Origin: Senegalia sp. (in: firmicutes)
Lineage (GTDB): Bacteria > Bacillota > Clostridia > Tissierellales > SIT17
Direction of reading: 5' to 3'
Length of the DNA stretch: 24,000 bases
Assembly (NCBI RefSeq): GCF_052088025.1
Contig: NZ_JBQCYD010000010.1
Location: 43,666-67,665 of the forward strand
This document shows positions 22,657-24,000 of the stretch, in pieces; position 1 is the first letter of the stretch, and each line of letters begins with the position of its first letter. The translations under genes and the position numbers were made by a program. Under the pieces are notes generated by a model. That model made no database searches and had not been told where the DNA came from. It was given only the letters and a program-made list of their open reading frames with translations.

Positions 22657-24000
22657 CTAAAAATCATCCATTGATAAATCATCAAATGAAATATCTTCTA
22701 ATTCATCTTCATCAGGTTTGTTTTCTTCGTCTTTTAAATAGTTTTTATCTAATATTTTTATAAATGGATAATATACTAGGCAACCTAATATTACTAATAC
22801 TACTTGGAATATAGCTGCCCTTATACTTCCTGTTGAAAGGTAACCTGAAAATCCAAGTGGCGTTGTCCAAGGTAGTGCAACTCCATTAGTATATGGTAGA
22901 AATCCTGTTTCAAATGCTATTGCTGATAATATTGTATTCATTAATGGAACCCCTATGAAAGGTACTATCATTACTGGGTTTAATACTATTGGTAGTCCAA
23001 ATATGATAGGTTCGTTTATTCCAAATATTCCTGGAACTATTGAAAGTTTTCCAAGTTTTTTAATCCTTTGTGATTTTCCTACTATAATCATAAGTATTAC
23101 TAGAGAAAGTGTACTTCCTCCACCACCAAATGTTTGGAATAGGTCTACAAATTGTCCTGTATATATATGTGGAAGTGGTGCTCCTGCTTCAAATGCTGCT
23201 AGGTTTTCTATTGAAAGTGTTCTAAATATTGGTGAGAACACTGAGTTTGTAACTGCTGGTCCATTTATTCCAAATAACCAGAATATTGAACTTGATACTA
23301 CATATACTATTTGTGCCCCTAAACTATTTCCTACTCCAAGAAGTGGTGCTTGAAGTACTGTATATATGAAATTATGTGCTGATTCATATGGTGTAAGTCC
23401 AAAACCAATTCTTATTAAAAAGAATATTAACATTACTATAGCACTTGGTATAAGTGCTGCAAAGGAATCTGATACTGCTGGTGGTACCCCTTCAGGCATC
23501 TTTATAGTCCAACCTTTTTTATATGCCCAGTGGAATACGTGTACTGATAATAAGGATACTATCATTGCTAAAATTATTCCATTTGTTCCTGTAAAGTTGA
23601 AACTTATAGCGCTTAATGATGCTAGGCCTTCTGCACCTTCATATGCTATGTCTGTAGGCATTATTATTATAAAGGATACTATAGCTACTATTGCACCTTG
23701 TATCTTATCTGCCCCTATTTCTCTAGCATAGGAATAGCCCATACCTATTACGGTAAGGAGTGCAATTATATTAAATGTTGCTCTTGATACTGCAGATAGA
23801 TATGATTCCCATCCTTCTCCAAAGAATCTTGCCCAAAATTCTGACCAACCTGGTATTGGGAAGTTTGCTACAAGTAAGAATAGTGATCCTACTATGATAA
23901 GTGGCATTGACATCAAAAATCCATCACGTATAGCAACTAAAATCTTGTTTTTCCCTAGTTTGTCTGCTAGGGGCATTAGTACTTTCTCGAGTTTATCAAA
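22657..24000 (-). CDS. PTS lactose/cellobiose-family EIIC permease; the 5' end runs off the right edge
   Basis: Polytopic. The frame stays open upstream of the track Met to position 24000 (FDKLEKVLMPLADKLGKNKILVAIRDGF). That stretch aligns with the E. coli ChbC N-terminus as I recall it ([26 protein letters not shown]), so the true start is beyond the window. It ends in an unusual acidic tail. Confidence 0.85.
   Translation of the reverse strand, partial: FDKLEKVLMPLADKLGKNKILVAIRDGFLMSMPLIIVGSLFLLVANFPIPGWSEFWARFFGEGWESYLSAVSRATFNIIALLTVIGMGYSYAREIGADKIQGAIVAIVSFIIIMPTDIAYEGAEGLASLSAISFNFTGTNGIILAMIVSLLSVHVFHWAYKKGWTIKMPEGVPPAVSDSFAALIPSAIVMLIFFLIRIGFGLTPYESAHNFIYTVLQAPLLGVGNSLGAQIVYVVSSSIFWLFGINGPAVTNSVFSPIFRTLSIENLAAFEAGAPLPHIYTGQFVDLFQTFGGGGSTLSLVILMIIVGKSQRIKKLGKLSIVPGIFGINEPIIFGLPIVLNPVMIVPFIGVPLMNTILSAIAFETGFLPYTNGVALPWTTPLGFSGYLSTGSIRAAIFQVVLVILGCLVYYPFIKILDKNYLKDEENKPDEDELEDISFDDLSMDDF

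Noticed and set aside
6-23731. The + strand ORFs in the supplied track: 6..194, 194..424, 1021..1233, 2510..2743, 6738..6938, 7431..7856, 8695..9087, 9276..9692, 12641..12841, 15448..15870, 16088..16585, 19419..19607, 19730..19954, 20535..20771, 22167..22379, 22276..22470, 22955..23353, 23366..23731
   Set aside because: All lie antisense inside longer minus-strand genes that have clear family motifs. Their translations are low-complexity (Leu/Ser/Phe/Ile-rich) and lack RBSs, as expected for shadow ORFs in AT-rich DNA.
1-24000. tRNA, rRNA or tmRNA genes as integration targets near the prophage border
   Set aside because: I saw no GC-enriched ~75-nt cloverleaf-like segment and no rRNA-like conserved block in any intergenic region. 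The only GC-rich structure (4968-5031) is a simple terminator hairpin.

Overview
Strongly AT-rich, low-GC Firmicutes (Clostridia-like) DNA. Every supported gene except the phage repressor is on the minus strand. There are four blocks. (1) 1-5.3 kb is the early/replication end of a prophage or phage-like element: partial family A DNA polymerase, DUF2815 SSB-like protein, DUF2800 Cas4-like nuclease, small proteins, a sigma-70 region-4-like regulator, a divergent switch region with a perfect 18-bp palindrome, and an XRE/CI-type repressor. No integrase lies on this flank. (2) 5.3-6.5 kb is a decayed junction with three copies of a promoter-like repeat module built around TTTTTTTGTCTAGTTTT. One copy still encodes a 48-aa IS3-OrfA-like HTH fragment, and two orphan genes sit among the copies. 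(3) 6.5-17.9 kb is an 11-gene, single-strand operon for building an acetylated amino-sugar/uronic-acid glycan on undecaprenyl phosphate: PglC-like phosphoglycosyltransferase, DegT aminotransferase, WbpO/WbpP-like UDP-GalNAcA pair, GT4, GT2, two LbH and one GNAT acyltransferases, MurJ-family flippase, and a Wzy_C/O-antigen-ligase-family protein. It has no chain-length regulator, LCP ligase or exporter, and an orphan type IV prepilin-like gene lies directly upstream. (4) 18.8-24 kb is a lactose/cellobiose-family PTS operon (IIC, IIA) that also carries a glycosylasparaginase-type Ntn hydrolase, an M20 dipeptidase, a short GrdB-N-terminal-like protein and CutC. The most interesting hypothesis is that block 3 plus the prepilin forms a Gram-positive protein O-glycosylation system (PglL/PilO/WsaB logic). 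The PTS block looks like an uncharacterised glyco-amino-acid (GlcNAc-Asn-like) catabolic route. No rRNA, tRNA or CRISPR array was seen. All family assignments come from reading motifs by eye and from memory of the families; no searches were run.
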